The notes beneath the pieces were generated by a model that saw only the letters and a list, made by a program, of their open reading frames with translations, had not been told where the DNA came from and searched no databases. A DNA stretch of 64,000 nt from Squalus acanthias (Eukaryota). The first letter of the stretch is position 1; each line of letters begins with the position of its first letter. Below, one piece after another: positions 63,501 through 64,000 of this stretch. The DNA is taken from NCBI GenBank assembly GCA_030390025.1, contig CM059433.1, positions 18,850,001 through 18,914,000 on the forward strand, read 5' to 3'. A program made the position numbers and the translations under genes.

Positions 63501-64000
63501 AGGGGAGTCAGAGCTCCGACTTTGAATTCTGGGTTGACATCCAGTGGAATACTTGCGTCCGGTGGGTTGTGGGAGCCCATAAAACCCTCCCGCCGTATAG
63601 GACTAACCACCCTATCGACTGGTATAAAGATGGTTACTGTTAATCAGCCTGCAAATCCTTCCACTACTTCACACTGATCCCCAGAGGGATCACAAAAAGT
63701 AAATGATTCTCTTTTTTCACTGATTCTGTGATGTCGCAGCAAATTAGTTTAGAGTTTGATGTTGTGTTCAAGGTATAACATCTTAGACTTTTTCTGAGGT
63801 TTGAATCCCCTGTTTATGGAGCTATAGATACCACGGATGTCTGATGCTGCAATAACCCATTTAGCCCTGAGTTCAATATTCTTATCGGCTGTTTGCTACA
63901 TCAGATTTGTTCAGCGGATTGATATTTTTGTGACATAATGCTGTAAGAAGTCATCAATTCCAGTATGACTTTGACATCTACATTACAAAGAATTACACAT

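Overview
Eukaryotic, repeat-saturated vertebrate DNA. The CR1/SINE/Penelope repertoire suggests a cartilaginous fish, but this is an inference. The only host gene found is an alpha-class glutathione S-transferase: four coding exons on + at 50639-59861, with the 3' exons beyond the window. The rest is nested mobile DNA: CR1-, L2/CR1-like and RTE LINEs, tRNA-derived SINEs, a PIF/Harbinger transposon plus MITEs, hAT-type MITEs, three solo LTRs, an internally deleted CsRn1-like Gypsy element, and a Penelope-like element with a minimal hammerhead ribozyme. The standout is a minus-strand tandem provirus at 25792-41617 (LTR-internal-LTR-internal-LTR, one 4-bp TSD). It has a tRNA-Arg-like PBS, a coiled-coil/zinc-knuckle gag, a pol in frame behind a single TGA, a retrovirus-type RT truncated before YxDD, and an env resembling Mononegavirales-type F fusion proteins, i.e. 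a lokiretrovirus-like ERV. An assembly gap lies at 49823-50323. Most short ORFs in the supplied track are spurious.
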